From Candidatus Latescibacterota bacterium (GTDB lineage: Bacteria; Latescibacterota; UBA2968), in contig OZ242320.1 of assembly GCA_965208125.1 (NCBI GenBank), positions 480,001 through 544,000 on the forward strand: a DNA stretch of 64,000 nt, given 5' to 3'. The notes beneath the pieces are model-generated. The model was not told the origin of the DNA. It made no database searches and worked only from the letters and a program-made list of their open reading frames with translations. This document shows, one piece after another, positions 1 to 9,392 of this stretch (position 1 is the first letter of the stretch; every line of letters begins with the position of its first letter). A program made the position numbers and the translations under genes.

Positions 1-275
1 AAATCTTCTACAATAGTTTTGACAACGCGAGGCGCAGCCGGGGCGTGGGCTTCGCCAATGCCCTCAATACCGTTATCTGTACGCACGCGAATAAGCGCTG
101 TCGATCGCCCCGAAGGATAGACACAGAGATGTCGCGTATCGGCTCTGCCGGGAAAGGTCTGTGTGGATTGGGGCGCGACTTGCGGAAATTTTAATCCTGC
201 GGTATCTTCATATCGCGTCGCACCCTGTTGGTGAACGGTAGAGAGAATATCGCAGGTAATATCGGTAATTTTCAT
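1..275 (-). CDS. Mandelate racemase/muconate lactonizing enzyme (enolase superfamily), 5' part, runs off the window edge
   Basis: Not in the ORF track. Reads MKITDITCDILS...STALIRVRTDNGIEGIGEAHAPAAPRVVKTIVED, the typical MR/MLE N-terminal 'vrv.TD.G..G.GE' motif. GAGG RBS upstream. Confidence 0.85.
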   Translation of the reverse strand, partial: MKITDITCDILSTVHQQGATRYEDTAGLKFPQVAPQSTQTFPGRADTRHLCVYPSGRSTALIRVRTDNGIEGIGEAHAPAAPRVVKTIVED

Positions 276-378
276 TTTTGCCTCTTAGGATGTTTTGTGA
301 AGAAAAACGGACAGATATGAAAATAGAGTGAAAACTCACTATTGGCAAATTTCTGTCCACACTGTGAAAGAGGATTAG

Positions 379-723
379 ATGAATGCTATTGAAGCCCATA
401 TTGACCGAGCCACTATCCAGGCCATAACGCGACTGATTGTCGAACGCTTTGATCCGGAGCAGATCATTCTCTTCGGAAGCCATGCACGCGGAGAGGCTAA
501 CGAGCACAGTGATCTGGACCTGCTGGTCGTGATGCATACAAATGTAGGACGACGCCAGCATGGCAATCCTATTCGTCGGGCAATTGCCGAGCATTTCGTG
601 TTGCCCGTCGATGTAATTATTCGCTCTCCTGAGGTCTTAGCCGAACAGCGCAACAATCCATATTCCCTGATACACAAGGTGCTGGAAGAAGGAGAAGTGG
701 TGTATGAACGACAAGTCGCCTGA
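379..723 (+). CDS. Minimal nucleotidyltransferase (MNT) antitoxin
   Basis: IILFGSHARG...SDLDLLVV and VDVII motifs; 114 aa; ends EGEVVYE. Confidence 0.9.
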   Translation: MNAIEAHIDRATIQAITRLIVERFDPEQIILFGSHARGEANEHSDLDLLVVMHTNVGRRQHGNPIRRAIAEHFVLPVDVIIRSPEVLAEQRNNPYSLIHKVLEEGEVVYERQVA

Positions 724-757
724 ACGGGATTGGTTTGAGAAGGCGGATCAAGATAAA
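704..757 (+). pseudogene. HEPN toxin N-terminal remnant (about 17 codons), in frame with the next gene
   Basis: ATG overlaps the MNT 3' end, as in MNT-HEPN pairs. 'RDWFEKADQD' resembles the HEPN first helix (W..KA..DL), then similarity stops. Confidence 0.6.
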
Positions 758-784
758 AAATCTGAAGAAAAGGAGACCGCAAAC

Positions 785-2137
785 ATGAAACACTTATTAA
801 ATGACGAAGCAATATTGCATTTCATAGCGCGGGGATATTGCGTAATCAAAACAAATGTCGCGCCGCATATCCACGCACAAATACTGACAGATGCAAAAAA
901 AGCCATGGCAGAGGGAAACCCGGGCAATGACATATTGCACGCCGCACCGGGCTTGCGCGAAATTTTTGATGACGAAGCAATGGTCGGCGCGCTATCGAGC
1001 CTCCTCGGCGATTCTTATGTCATGCACTGCCACAGACATTGCCATCGCAATACCGCGGGTACAGAAGGCCGAAATTTTCACCAGGATGGTTCAACGCGTC
1101 GCTTCGCCGGCTGGAGCCGACCGTGGCGGCGTCACCATCGCCCCCGAACTGTAATGGCAATTTGTTATCCGCACCAGACGCCGATTGAAATGGGACCCAC
1201 TGGCGTGATTCCCGGAACGCAATATTACAGTGCGAAACCAAAAAATGAGTTCGATTACGAATTCCCATTTGCAGTTGTCGATCCCGGCGATGTATTGCTC
1301 GTACATTTTGATCTATGGCATCGCGTATCCAGCAACACAAGCGACCGCGATCGGTACATGATGAAATTTTTGTTCAAACGCACAGAAGAGCCAACAGCGC
1401 CGAATTGGCATGCCGCATCGGATTTTGATCCCGATTTCGACACCCTTGTCAACCGGATAAAACCCGACCATCCGTCCGACGTCTTATTGCGCTATCCTCT
1501 CGTATGGGAATTTATGTGGCGCTGGATGCGCGGTGAACCCCTACCCGAATGGGGTGATGACGCACCCGTCTCTGTTGATGACATGATGCACAACCTGAAC
1601 AGCGATGATCCAGGTGTCGTACTAAACGCGACATACTCCCTGGGACGATTGGGCAAACGTGCAGTACCCACATTGATGGACGTATTGCTGGGACCAGATG
1701 AAGCACTTCGAGAACAAGTACCCGCGGCACTATCAGCTGCAGGCAGGTACGCGGTAGATCCACTCGTCCGTGCATTGGCACATTCGGATGACTGGGTGCG
1801 CGCAACAGCTGCAGATACCCTGGGCGACATTGGCTTACCAGCCCTCGACGCGCTACCCGCTATTCGCAACGCACTCTCAGATCCCGACGACTGGGTACGC
1901 CACAATGCCACGCGCGCATTGACCATCTGGAGCAAAGCTGCTAAAATCACCCGCGATGACTTGCTCACAGCCCTAAAAGACGCCGAGCCTTTTGTCGGCT
2001 TCAACGCGCTAACAGCTCTGGAACACATGGACAGCGTTGACGATGCACAGGTACTGCCATTGTTAAAAACAATGCAAAACCATGAACACTCGCGACTGCG
2101 CTATCAAGTGAACGAAATGCTACAACGCGTAGCCTGA
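785..2137 (+). CDS. Phytanoyl-CoA dioxygenase (PhyH) family protein with C-terminal HEAT repeats
   Basis: AAGGAG RBS before ATG 785. GY.VI, HQD and 'GDVLLVHFDLWHR' facial-triad motifs; HEAT repeats 'DDWVRATAADTLGDIG', 'DDWVRHNATRAL'. Confidence 0.85.
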   Translation: MKHLLNDEAILHFIARGYCVIKTNVAPHIHAQILTDAKKAMAEGNPGNDILHAAPGLREIFDDEAMVGALSSLLGDSYVMHCHRHCHRNTAGTEGRNFHQDGSTRRFAGWSRPWRRHHRPRTVMAICYPHQTPIEMGPTGVIPGTQYYSAKPKNEFDYEFPFAVVDPGDVLLVHFDLWHRVSSNTSDRDRYMMKFLFKRTEEPTAPNWHAASDFDPDFDTLVNRIKPDHPSDVLLRYPLVWEFMWRWMRGEPLPEWGDDAPVSVDDMMHNLNSDDPGVVLNATYSLGRLGKRAVPTLMDVLLGPDEALREQVPAALSAAGRYAVDPLVRALAHSDDWVRATAADTLGDIGLPALDALPAIRNALSDPDDWVRHNATRALTIWSKAAKITRDDLLTALKDAEPFVGFNALTALEHMDSVDDAQVLPLLKTMQNHEHSRLRYQVNEMLQRVA

Positions 2138-2164
2138 CCGAATGTTAAAAATATGTTACAAGTA

Positions 2165-2193
2165 TTGACTTTTGCGTCGAATACTTATAATGT
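2165..2193 (+). promoter_or_regulatory. Putative sigma70 promoter
   Basis: TTGACT at 2165, then TATAAT (15-bp spacer) or TAATGT (17-bp spacer), upstream of the gene at 2249. Confidence 0.5.
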
Positions 2194-2248
2194 TGCCCGT
2201 GCTTGAGTCGCATTTCCACAATTTAACACTCTGTGAGGAAGAACTACA

Positions 2249-2506
2249 ATGTCAGACAAAAAACGGGTTTACTTTCAAGTGGAAGCACCCAGAGCGGGTG
2301 ATGTTGTTGTATCGGGCGATTTTAACAACTGGGAACAACGGTCTCTGAAACCGAATAAAAAGGGACAATGGACAACCTGGACAACCCTAACACCTGGGCG
2401 GTATGAATATCGGTATCAGATCGACGGTGAATGGCGCAATGACCCCGCAGCACCTGTTGTGCCCAATGAATTTGGCTCGGAGAACAATGTTGTGGTCGTA
2501 GGTTAA
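2249..2506 (+). CDS. Stand-alone glycogen-binding domain protein (CBM48/AMPK-beta, isoamylase early-set)
   Basis: V.VSGDFNNW...W...L.PGRYEYRYQIDGEWRNDP...NEFGSENNV. Confidence 0.9.
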   Translation: MSDKKRVYFQVEAPRAGDVVVSGDFNNWEQRSLKPNKKGQWTTWTTLTPGRYEYRYQIDGEWRNDPAAPVVPNEFGSENNVVVVG

Positions 2507-2528
2507 AACCCACTCAAAATTCCAACAC

Positions 2529-2566
2529 AAAATCGCCTGTCCGGGACAATGGACAGGCGATTTTTG
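2529..2566 (+). terminator. Intrinsic terminator
   Basis: AAAATCGCCTGTCC...GGACAGGCGATTTT inverted repeat followed by T tracts. Confidence 0.85.
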
Positions 2567-2637
2567 CGTTTTTTAGCACTTTCATATATTTTCTCGTATG
2601 CGTATTTTGCACGACCATCAAACATTGAGGAAGTATA

Positions 2638-3465
2638 ATGTCTTCCAAACGCGAACAGTTAATTCAAGACGGATTCTGCGTATTTAAAAATGTGCTCACT
2701 CCCGAGATGGTTGCGCGCACAAACGCAGTGTCCAATCGCCTGTTAGACGCGCAAGACGCCGAGTATTTTGAGGAACAAAAATCGACGGGCAGTTTGATCA
2801 GCATTTACAATGACGACTTTTTTGCCGAACTGGTCACCTGGACCAAGGCACTCAATGCTCTGAGAGAAATGGGCTTTGATCACCCCACCTTTTCATCAGG
2901 CTATATAATCAGCAAACCCCCGCATAGCCCACCCCTGTTCTGGCATCAGGACTGGTGGGGATGGAATGATCCCATTAGCTACGAGCCCCTGCCACAGCAG
3001 GTATTTTTGATGTATTATCTCGTAGATACCTCGCGTGAAAACGGGTGTTTGAGATTAATCAAAGGCTCACATTTGAAACGACATCCCCTGCACGACATAA
3101 CCCCCGAAGCACATACCGAAGATCTGCGACGCGTATCCGACCCAGACCATCCGGCCTATCAGTCGTATCCCGACGAGCGCGATGTTCCCGTGCGTGCTGG
3201 CGATCTGGTCATTGGCGATTCGCGGCTATTGCACAGCGCACACGCCAACAAAACGGACCAGCGGCGGACAGTCATCACACTGTGGTACCACCCGATATAC
3301 AACGAACTACCCGACGGCATGCGCGCCCGTCTGGCGAACCGGCACCCCATACCAGATCACTGGTCTGAAGACGCGGCGCAAAAAATTGCGCCCTTAATGC
3401 CCATTTACAAAGGCGAATGCGAAGAACTCGAATGGAATCGCATTCCTGGACCTGCACTGGTGTAA
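2638..3465 (+). CDS. Phytanoyl-CoA dioxygenase (PhyH) family protein
   Basis: DGF, WHQD, ENGCL..I.GSH, GDLVIGDSRLLHSA.AN...RR motifs. Confidence 0.9.
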   Translation: MSSKREQLIQDGFCVFKNVLTPEMVARTNAVSNRLLDAQDAEYFEEQKSTGSLISIYNDDFFAELVTWTKALNALREMGFDHPTFSSGYIISKPPHSPPLFWHQDWWGWNDPISYEPLPQQVFLMYYLVDTSRENGCLRLIKGSHLKRHPLHDITPEAHTEDLRRVSDPDHPAYQSYPDERDVPVRAGDLVIGDSRLLHSAHANKTDQRRTVITLWYHPIYNELPDGMRARLANRHPIPDHWSEDAAQKIAPLMPIYKGECEELEWNRIPGPALV

Positions 3466-3635
3466 TGGGTTACATCTATATTTGTGATAATTTGGAAGGG
3501 GTAGTTAGTAACCAATGGTGCAGTAGGCAATCTCAATAATTATGCAAATAATTGAGGGGTGTACATAATTCCTACTGTTGTGGTCCAGCGGAGTATATAG
3601 CTTTTTTGCCTATATTGCTCTTTTGCCTTCGGCGA

Positions 3636-3796
3636 CTTCATTTTTTTGCGCGCCCAAAAAAATGAAGCAAAAAAAGGGCGCCCCTGCGGGGGGCTTGCAC
3701 AGCGCAAACTGCTCAGGTGGATAAATGCCCTGTGGTGGCCTTCAAAGTTGGATGCAAACAAGAAGGACGGCAGTTAACGGAAAAGCGCGCTGTGCA
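3636..3796. repeat. Structured intergenic palindromic element
   Basis: Perfect 13-bp IR CTTCATTTTTTTG/CAAAAAAATGAAG (3636-3667), CCCCTGCGGGG hairpin, and 10-bp long-range IR TGCACAGCGC (3696) / GCGCTGTGCA (3787). Confidence 0.55.
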
Positions 3797-3906
3797 TAAT
3801 GGCTTTGATTAATAGTGGTTTATGGGAGATGTTTTGTAATGCCTTATCTGAAGCACTGCGTAACATCAATCAGATATATAAAAAATGTATAGATGTGGAG
3901 ATTTGT

Positions 3907-4644
3907 ATGAGTGATGGAACCCGGCTGGAAGATGTGAAGCGGTTTTATGAGATTCTTGGAAAGTTGGAGCGTAGGGTAGGAGAACGTAGAATTCTCGCGG
4001 AATGTTCGCGTAGTTCGGGTTGGCCCACTCGGGGAGTATATTTCTTTATGGAGAATGGCGAAGATCGATCTGAGAGTGGCGATGGTTTGAGAATTGTGAG
4101 AGTTGGGACACATTCCGTTAAAACGGGAGGTTCTAAGACATCATTGTGGAATAGGTTGAGCCAGCACAAAGGGTCAACCTCCGGATTAGGCAACCACCGT
4201 GGATCAATATTTCGTGCTCTTGTAGGGCGTGCTTTAATAAACAAAGATAGTATAAAGTGCGAAACGTGGGAGAGCAAGACGACGCCTTCTCCACGAGGTG
4301 TTGAACAGTGTGTAGAGATACGTGTGAGCGAAACGATTGGCCGGATGCCTTTCTTGTGGTGAGAGGTAGATGATAATGATAAGTCGAAAGGGGCAAATTT
4401 ACGAAACTACATTGAGAGCAATGCAATTGCTTTACTCAGCAATTTCTGTACAAATAAGTTGAAAATTGATGCTCCATCGTCTGGATGGCTTGGTTATCAC
4501 TGCACGGATACAAAAGGTAATTTGAATCAAAAGGTTAGAGAATCGGGGCTTTGGAATCAGAAGCTCGTTGATTCTGATAGATACTACCCGGGGTTTCTAG
4601 ATAAGTTAGAGGAGCTTGTGGAACAGATGGAGGCAGTACGATGA
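3907..4644 (+). pseudogene. GIY-YIG-like nuclease interrupted by one in-frame TGA (4360-4362)
   Basis: GVYFF...IVRVGTH...LWNRLSQH before the stop. The same frame continues after TGA as EVDD...YIESNAIALLSN...SGLWNQ to 4644 (ORF-track pieces 3799 and 4459 are co-framed). Confidence 0.7.
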
Positions 4645-5363
4645 AGGTGATGAAGGTTGTGATTTCATGTGCGGGGTCTAAGGCGGACAATGCTGGCTAC
4701 ATGAAGACTAAGGATGAAAAATGTGTGAACTTTGTGGGGAATCCCGCCAAGGTGATGTCACGGGAGCCAGGATTTTGCTACGCTCGGCCGGATGGTGAGG
4801 CGGGAGATAGCAAAACTTGGCGGGATAAGCTGATTGCATATAATGAGTCTTGTGTGGAAGCAAATCCTCTTGGACTACTTCCGGCTTACAAACTTTACAC
4901 GCCTAACAAGCCATACAAAGATATATATACTCAACTGGTAGAGGTATTTGGTATAGATAATGTGTACATCCTCTCGGCGGGTTGGGGATTGATACAGGCA
5001 TCCTTTCTGACACCGGAGTACGATATTACTTTCAATGGATCTGCCGATGCTTATAAGCAACGAAATTACAAACAGGACTGCTACAATGACTTCAACCATC
5101 TGGAAAGTGCTATTGATGAGGATTTGTTGTTTTTGGGCGGACAGGGTTACCTGCCATTGTTCTGTGATCGGACTCGGCATTACCAGGGACGGCGAGTCAG
5201 TTACTACAATTCAGCAAAAAAGCCGAAGTGTGATGATGTTAAGTTGGTTCATTACGAACCAACGGGGAATCCACGTACATGGGTCTATGAGTGCGCGACG
5301 AAAGTTATAGAGTGTTACAAGTCTGATCCCTATGGGTTTGATCCGCGAAAGATAAAAGGATAA
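4641..5363 (+). CDS. DUF6884/YaaA-like protein
   Basis: VVISCAGSK...PAYKLY...YILSAGWGLI...YDITF motif series; ATGA overlap with the upstream gene. Confidence 0.65.
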   Translation: MKVMKVVISCAGSKADNAGYMKTKDEKCVNFVGNPAKVMSREPGFCYARPDGEAGDSKTWRDKLIAYNESCVEANPLGLLPAYKLYTPNKPYKDIYTQLVEVFGIDNVYILSAGWGLIQASFLTPEYDITFNGSADAYKQRNYKQDCYNDFNHLESAIDEDLLFLGGQGYLPLFCDRTRHYQGRRVSYYNSAKKPKCDDVKLVHYEPTGNPRTWVYECATKVIECYKSDPYGFDPRKIKG

Positions 5364-5375
5364 ATTGCGTTCTAT

Positions 5376-5630
5376 ATGACCAAACCAAAACTATATGAAG
5401 AAGTGGCACTGACCCGCAACATACCGGCAGAAAACTTAAAACAAGGTGATGTTGCTGTCGTAGTCGAGTACGTGCCACATCCTGCAGGTGGAGAAGAAGG
5501 TGCAATTTTAGAGATCTTTAATGCCATTGGCGAATCTGTAGCCGTGGTCACAGTGCCCATCTCCGCGATTAAATCGCTACGTGCTGATCAAGTGTTGATG
5601 GTACGGGAGGTGGCTCCTGCAAGATCGTAA
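5376..5630 (+). CDS. DUF4926 domain protein
   Basis: LYEEVALTRNIP..NLKQGDVAVVVE...LEIFNAIGESVAVVTV. Confidence 0.85.
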   Translation: MTKPKLYEEVALTRNIPAENLKQGDVAVVVEYVPHPAGGEEGAILEIFNAIGESVAVVTVPISAIKSLRADQVLMVREVAPARS

Positions 5631-5651
5631 AAACCACAAAGTGAAAACAAT

Positions 5652-6704
5652 ATGAAAATCGCCGCTCTCATATCCGGTGGTGTCGATAGTTCCGTGGCTT
5701 TGAACATATTAAAAAATGAAAGCCACGACGTGACGGCATTTTACTTAAAAGTATGGCTCGAAGACGAACTCGCTTTCTTAGGGGAATGTCCCTGGGAAAC
5801 CGACCTGAAATTTGTCCGGGCCGTATGCGATCAACTCGATGTCCCGCTACAAGTGATCTCCCTACAATCTGAATACCTCGAACGCGTCGTATCTTATGCA
5901 CTCGACGAATTGCGCGATGGACGCACACCCAGTCCAGATATATTTTGCAATCAGCGAATCAAATTCGGCGCATTCTTTGACCACATAGACAGCAGCTATG
6001 AAAAAGTGGCAACCGGGCATTACGCACAACTCGCACAGAGCAACGGAACTTATCATCTAAAACGCGCACCCGACCCCATCAAAGATCAGACCTACTTCTT
6101 ATCCGGCATGTATCAATCGCAGGTCGCGCAGGCATTATTTCCCATTGGAAACATGATGAAAAGCGAAGTGCGCCAACTCGCGCGAGATTTTGACCTGCCA
6201 AATCAAGCGCGAAAAGACAGCCAGGGAATATGTTTCCTGGGCAAAATCAGATATCCAGACTTTATCGCATTTCATTTGGGCGAAAAAAAAGGCGATATTA
6301 TCGACAGAGAAACCGGACAAATCCTGGGACCCCATCGGGGATACTATTATTACACAATTGGCCAGCGGCATGGCCTGGGATTGGGCGGAGGCCCCTGGTA
6401 CGTCGTACAAAAAGATATCGAGCGCAACATCATCTATGTATCTCACGCCACGAAGCACAAGAACACATCGCGGAACCAATTTATCGCTACAAATCCCAAT
6501 TGGATAGCAGAACCACCTGGCAAAACCGCCCTGCAATTGAAACTGCGCCACGGCCCAGAATTGATCAACTGTGAAATCGAAGCAATGAATAACAACCAAT
6601 TATCCGTAACCATAGCAGAAAAAGATTCCGGCATAGCACCCGGACAATTCGCCGTATTTTACGACGGCGACCTCTGCCTCGGTAGCGCGGTAATTGACCA
6701 CTAA
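5652..6704 (+). CDS. mnmA: tRNA 2-thiouridine(34) synthase
   Basis: SGGVDS PP-loop, PDIFCN.RIKFG, ATGHYA, KDQTYFL, DSQGICF, TIGQRHGL, APGQ. Confidence 0.97.
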   Translation: MKIAALISGGVDSSVALNILKNESHDVTAFYLKVWLEDELAFLGECPWETDLKFVRAVCDQLDVPLQVISLQSEYLERVVSYALDELRDGRTPSPDIFCNQRIKFGAFFDHIDSSYEKVATGHYAQLAQSNGTYHLKRAPDPIKDQTYFLSGMYQSQVAQALFPIGNMMKSEVRQLARDFDLPNQARKDSQGICFLGKIRYPDFIAFHLGEKKGDIIDRETGQILGPHRGYYYYTIGQRHGLGLGGGPWYVVQKDIERNIIYVSHATKHKNTSRNQFIATNPNWIAEPPGKTALQLKLRHGPELINCEIEAMNNNQLSVTIAEKDSGIAPGQFAVFYDGDLCLGSAVIDH

Positions 6705-6719
6705 AAAAGAGAGAGCACA

Positions 6720-7469
6720 ATGAGCATTGAACAAGCGCGTGCCGCCGTTGAATCCGGCGATGTACATACCCTGAAAAGACTGATAGCAGAAGATCCGCAA
6801 CTGGCCAATAAAACCACAGCGGACAATCCCCGCACACTTTTACATACACTCTGCGATTATCCCGCGCACAGACCCAGATGCCGCGAATCCGCAGAAATTT
6901 TGATACGCTCAGACGCAGATGTCAATGCGCGGGCAAAATTCGAAGGAAAAACCGACCCCGGCGAAACACCTCTGCATTGGGCGGCCAGCAGCGACGATGC
7001 GGAAATGATAGAAGTGCTGCTCGACAGTGGTGCGGAAATCGACATCGATGGCGGGGTCATTGCAAACGGCACACCGCTCTGGGAAGCCGTAATATTCGGC
7101 ATGCAAAATGCAGCGGCAAAACTGATCCAGCGCGGGGCGACCTGCAACCTGATGATCGCTGCTGGCGTGGGGCGACTCGATCTCGTTGAGAAATTTTTCG
7201 ATAAGGAAGGCAATATAACGGATCGGGCGGGCGATCTGCCCGGATGGTCGGAACCCCGACCTGCGCGAGCTTGTATCGACAGTGCCTTCGGAATGGCATG
7301 CCGCAATGGGCACCTCGAAACCGCCAGATGGTTGCTGGGCAAAAAACCGGAGATCAACCGCAAAAATCCCGTTGGCGAAACGCCTCTGGATCAAGCCATG
7401 GACAGAAAACACATCGAAGTTGCGAACTGGTTGATGACAATTGGCGCGAAACGATCCGCGAACTTATAA
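6720..7469 (+). CDS. Ankyrin repeat protein
   Basis: GETPLHWAA, GTPLWEAV, ACRNGHLETARWLL, GETPLDQA. Confidence 0.92.
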   Translation: MSIEQARAAVESGDVHTLKRLIAEDPQLANKTTADNPRTLLHTLCDYPAHRPRCRESAEILIRSDADVNARAKFEGKTDPGETPLHWAASSDDAEMIEVLLDSGAEIDIDGGVIANGTPLWEAVIFGMQNAAAKLIQRGATCNLMIAAGVGRLDLVEKFFDKEGNITDRAGDLPGWSEPRPARACIDSAFGMACRNGHLETARWLLGKKPEINRKNPVGETPLDQAMDRKHIEVANWLMTIGAKRSANL

Positions 7470-7496
7470 TGCCACCGCATTAAAGGGAAACTCAAC

Positions 7497-8441
7497 ATGA
7501 ACAAAGTAGGACTGGTTCAGCATCCCGATTTTCAAAAACACGACACCGGAGGCGCACATCCCGAGCGCCCCGAGCGCTTACAAACGCTACATGCCCATCT
7601 GGATGCAACGGGACTGACAAAAGATCTCATAACACTAGAACCCGGACACGTCGATACATCCTGGTTGGAAAAAGCACACACGCCCGAGCACATTGCAAAC
7701 GTAAAAGCACGATGTACACAGGGCATCACGTACATGGACGATTTTGACACCAGAATCTGTCCACTATCTTTTGACATAGCCCGCCTCGCTGTTGGCGCGA
7801 CATTTGAAGCGATTGACGCAGTTATGGACGCGCGTGTACACACGGCTTTTTGTGCCGTACGTCCCCCCGGGCACCACGCCGAACGCAATCACGCAATGGG
7901 ATTTTGTCTATTTAGCAACGCGGTCATAGCCGCGCGATATATACAAGAAACATATTCCCTAAGACGCGTGGCAATTGTAGATTGGGACGTGCATCACGGC
8001 AATGGCACACAGCACATATTGGAAACCGATCCCTCGGTATTCTTCTTTAGCATCCACCAATACCCCCATTATCCCGGCACGGGACGGGCCGACGAAACCG
8101 GCATTGGCGCAGGAGAAGGATTCACACTAAATGCACCCGTGCCCGCAGGCAGCGATGACGCAATGTATTTGCGCATATTCGACGACGTATTTTTGCCCGC
8201 CATGCACGCATTTAAACCACAATTTGTCATTATCTCCGCTGGATTTGACGCGCATCGGTCCGACCCCTTATCGGCCACTCAAGTAACGGAATCCGGTTTT
8301 GCCGAAATGACAAAGCGCGTGATAGCTATCGCACAAGATCACGCAGAAGGACGGCTGATTTCCCTCCTGGAAGGTGGATATGATCTGGGCGGCCTCTCGC
8401 GCAGCGTAGAATCCCACATAAAGGAACTAATGAATGGGTAA
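7497..8441 (+). CDS. Histone deacetylase family amidohydrolase
   Basis: HPERPER, RPPGHH, GFC, DWDVHHGNGT, SAGFD, LEGGY. Confidence 0.95.
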   Translation: MNKVGLVQHPDFQKHDTGGAHPERPERLQTLHAHLDATGLTKDLITLEPGHVDTSWLEKAHTPEHIANVKARCTQGITYMDDFDTRICPLSFDIARLAVGATFEAIDAVMDARVHTAFCAVRPPGHHAERNHAMGFCLFSNAVIAARYIQETYSLRRVAIVDWDVHHGNGTQHILETDPSVFFFSIHQYPHYPGTGRADETGIGAGEGFTLNAPVPAGSDDAMYLRIFDDVFLPAMHAFKPQFVIISAGFDAHRSDPLSATQVTESGFAEMTKRVIAIAQDHAEGRLISLLEGGYDLGGLSRSVESHIKELMNG

Positions 8442-9321
8442 TACAAAAAAAATTGTAGCATTTCAAGGTGAACCCGGTGCATTTAGCGAAATGGCCGCGC
8501 GTTCGTACTTTGGCAAAGACGTCCAGGTCGTACCACAACGCAATTTCTCCGCCCTGTTTGCCGCCGTCGAACACGAAGAATGTACGCACGGCATGGTACC
8601 CATTGAAAACTCATTGATAGGTAGCATTCACGAAAACTACGACCACCTGTCAGCCCACCATTTACAGATCGTCGGCGAACTCAAGTTGCGCATCGTACAC
8701 AATCTAATTGTAAACCCCGGAGTAAAATTAGAAGACATCCGCCATATCTATTCCCAGGCACCTGCACTGGCCCAGTGTACGCAATTCACAGCATCTCTGT
8801 CACGCGCCGAAACAATTATGACCTCCGATACCGCAGGAGCCGTAAAAGCTTTGAAAACATCGGGTGCACGCGATGCCGCTGCAATAGCGAGTGCCCAGGC
8901 AGCCTGGGATTACGATCTGGAAATTTTGCAGGCAGGCATTGAAGACGACCATCAGAATTACACGCGATTTTTGGTCGTCACATCCGAGGCTATAGCACCT
9001 GAAAATCCAGACATCGAAATACCCGCAAAGACGTCTATCGTATTCGCCATGAAAAATGTGCCCGGCGCATTATTTAAAAGCTTGAGCGTATTTGCATTGC
9101 GCGACCTCAACCTGCTCAAAATTGAATCTCGCCCCCTTGCGGGCAAACCCTGGGAATACGCCTTCTCGCTCGACTTTGAGGGCCATATCCATCAAGAACC
9201 CTGCGCCCGCGCCATTGAACACCTGCGCGAAATCGCCACCTTTGTAAAAATTCTCGGTTCTTATCGGCAAGGGGACATGGTCGAAGGCAAAGTTTGGAAA
9301 GACGAAAAACGCAAGACGTAA
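8434..9321 (+). CDS. pheA: Prephenate dehydratase
   Basis: FQGEPGAFSE, VPIENS..GS, NYTRF, ACT domain with KIESRP. Confidence 0.93.
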   Translation: MGNTKKIVAFQGEPGAFSEMAARSYFGKDVQVVPQRNFSALFAAVEHEECTHGMVPIENSLIGSIHENYDHLSAHHLQIVGELKLRIVHNLIVNPGVKLEDIRHIYSQAPALAQCTQFTASLSRAETIMTSDTAGAVKALKTSGARDAAAIASAQAAWDYDLEILQAGIEDDHQNYTRFLVVTSEAIAPENPDIEIPAKTSIVFAMKNVPGALFKSLSVFALRDLNLLKIESRPLAGKPWEYAFSLDFEGHIHQEPCARAIEHLREIATFVKILGSYRQGDMVEGKVWKDEKRKT

Positions 9322-9374
9322 AACATGAGACGTGGAAGGCATCCTCTCTCACCTCTTACGTCTCACCTCTCACC
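9298..9374. repeat. Degenerate heptamer tandem repeats in inverted arms
   Basis: AAAGACG AAAAACG CAAGACG TAAAACA TGAGACG, then TCTCACC TCTTACG TCTCACC TCTCACC. Confidence 0.7.
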
Positions 9375-9392
9375 TTCTTTTAAGGACTTTAC

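Noticed and set aside
4360-4362. Selenocysteine or alternative genetic code at the TGA
   Set aside because: TGA terminates many normal genes here, no SECIS-like hairpin is evident downstream, and the context is not redox-Cys-like.
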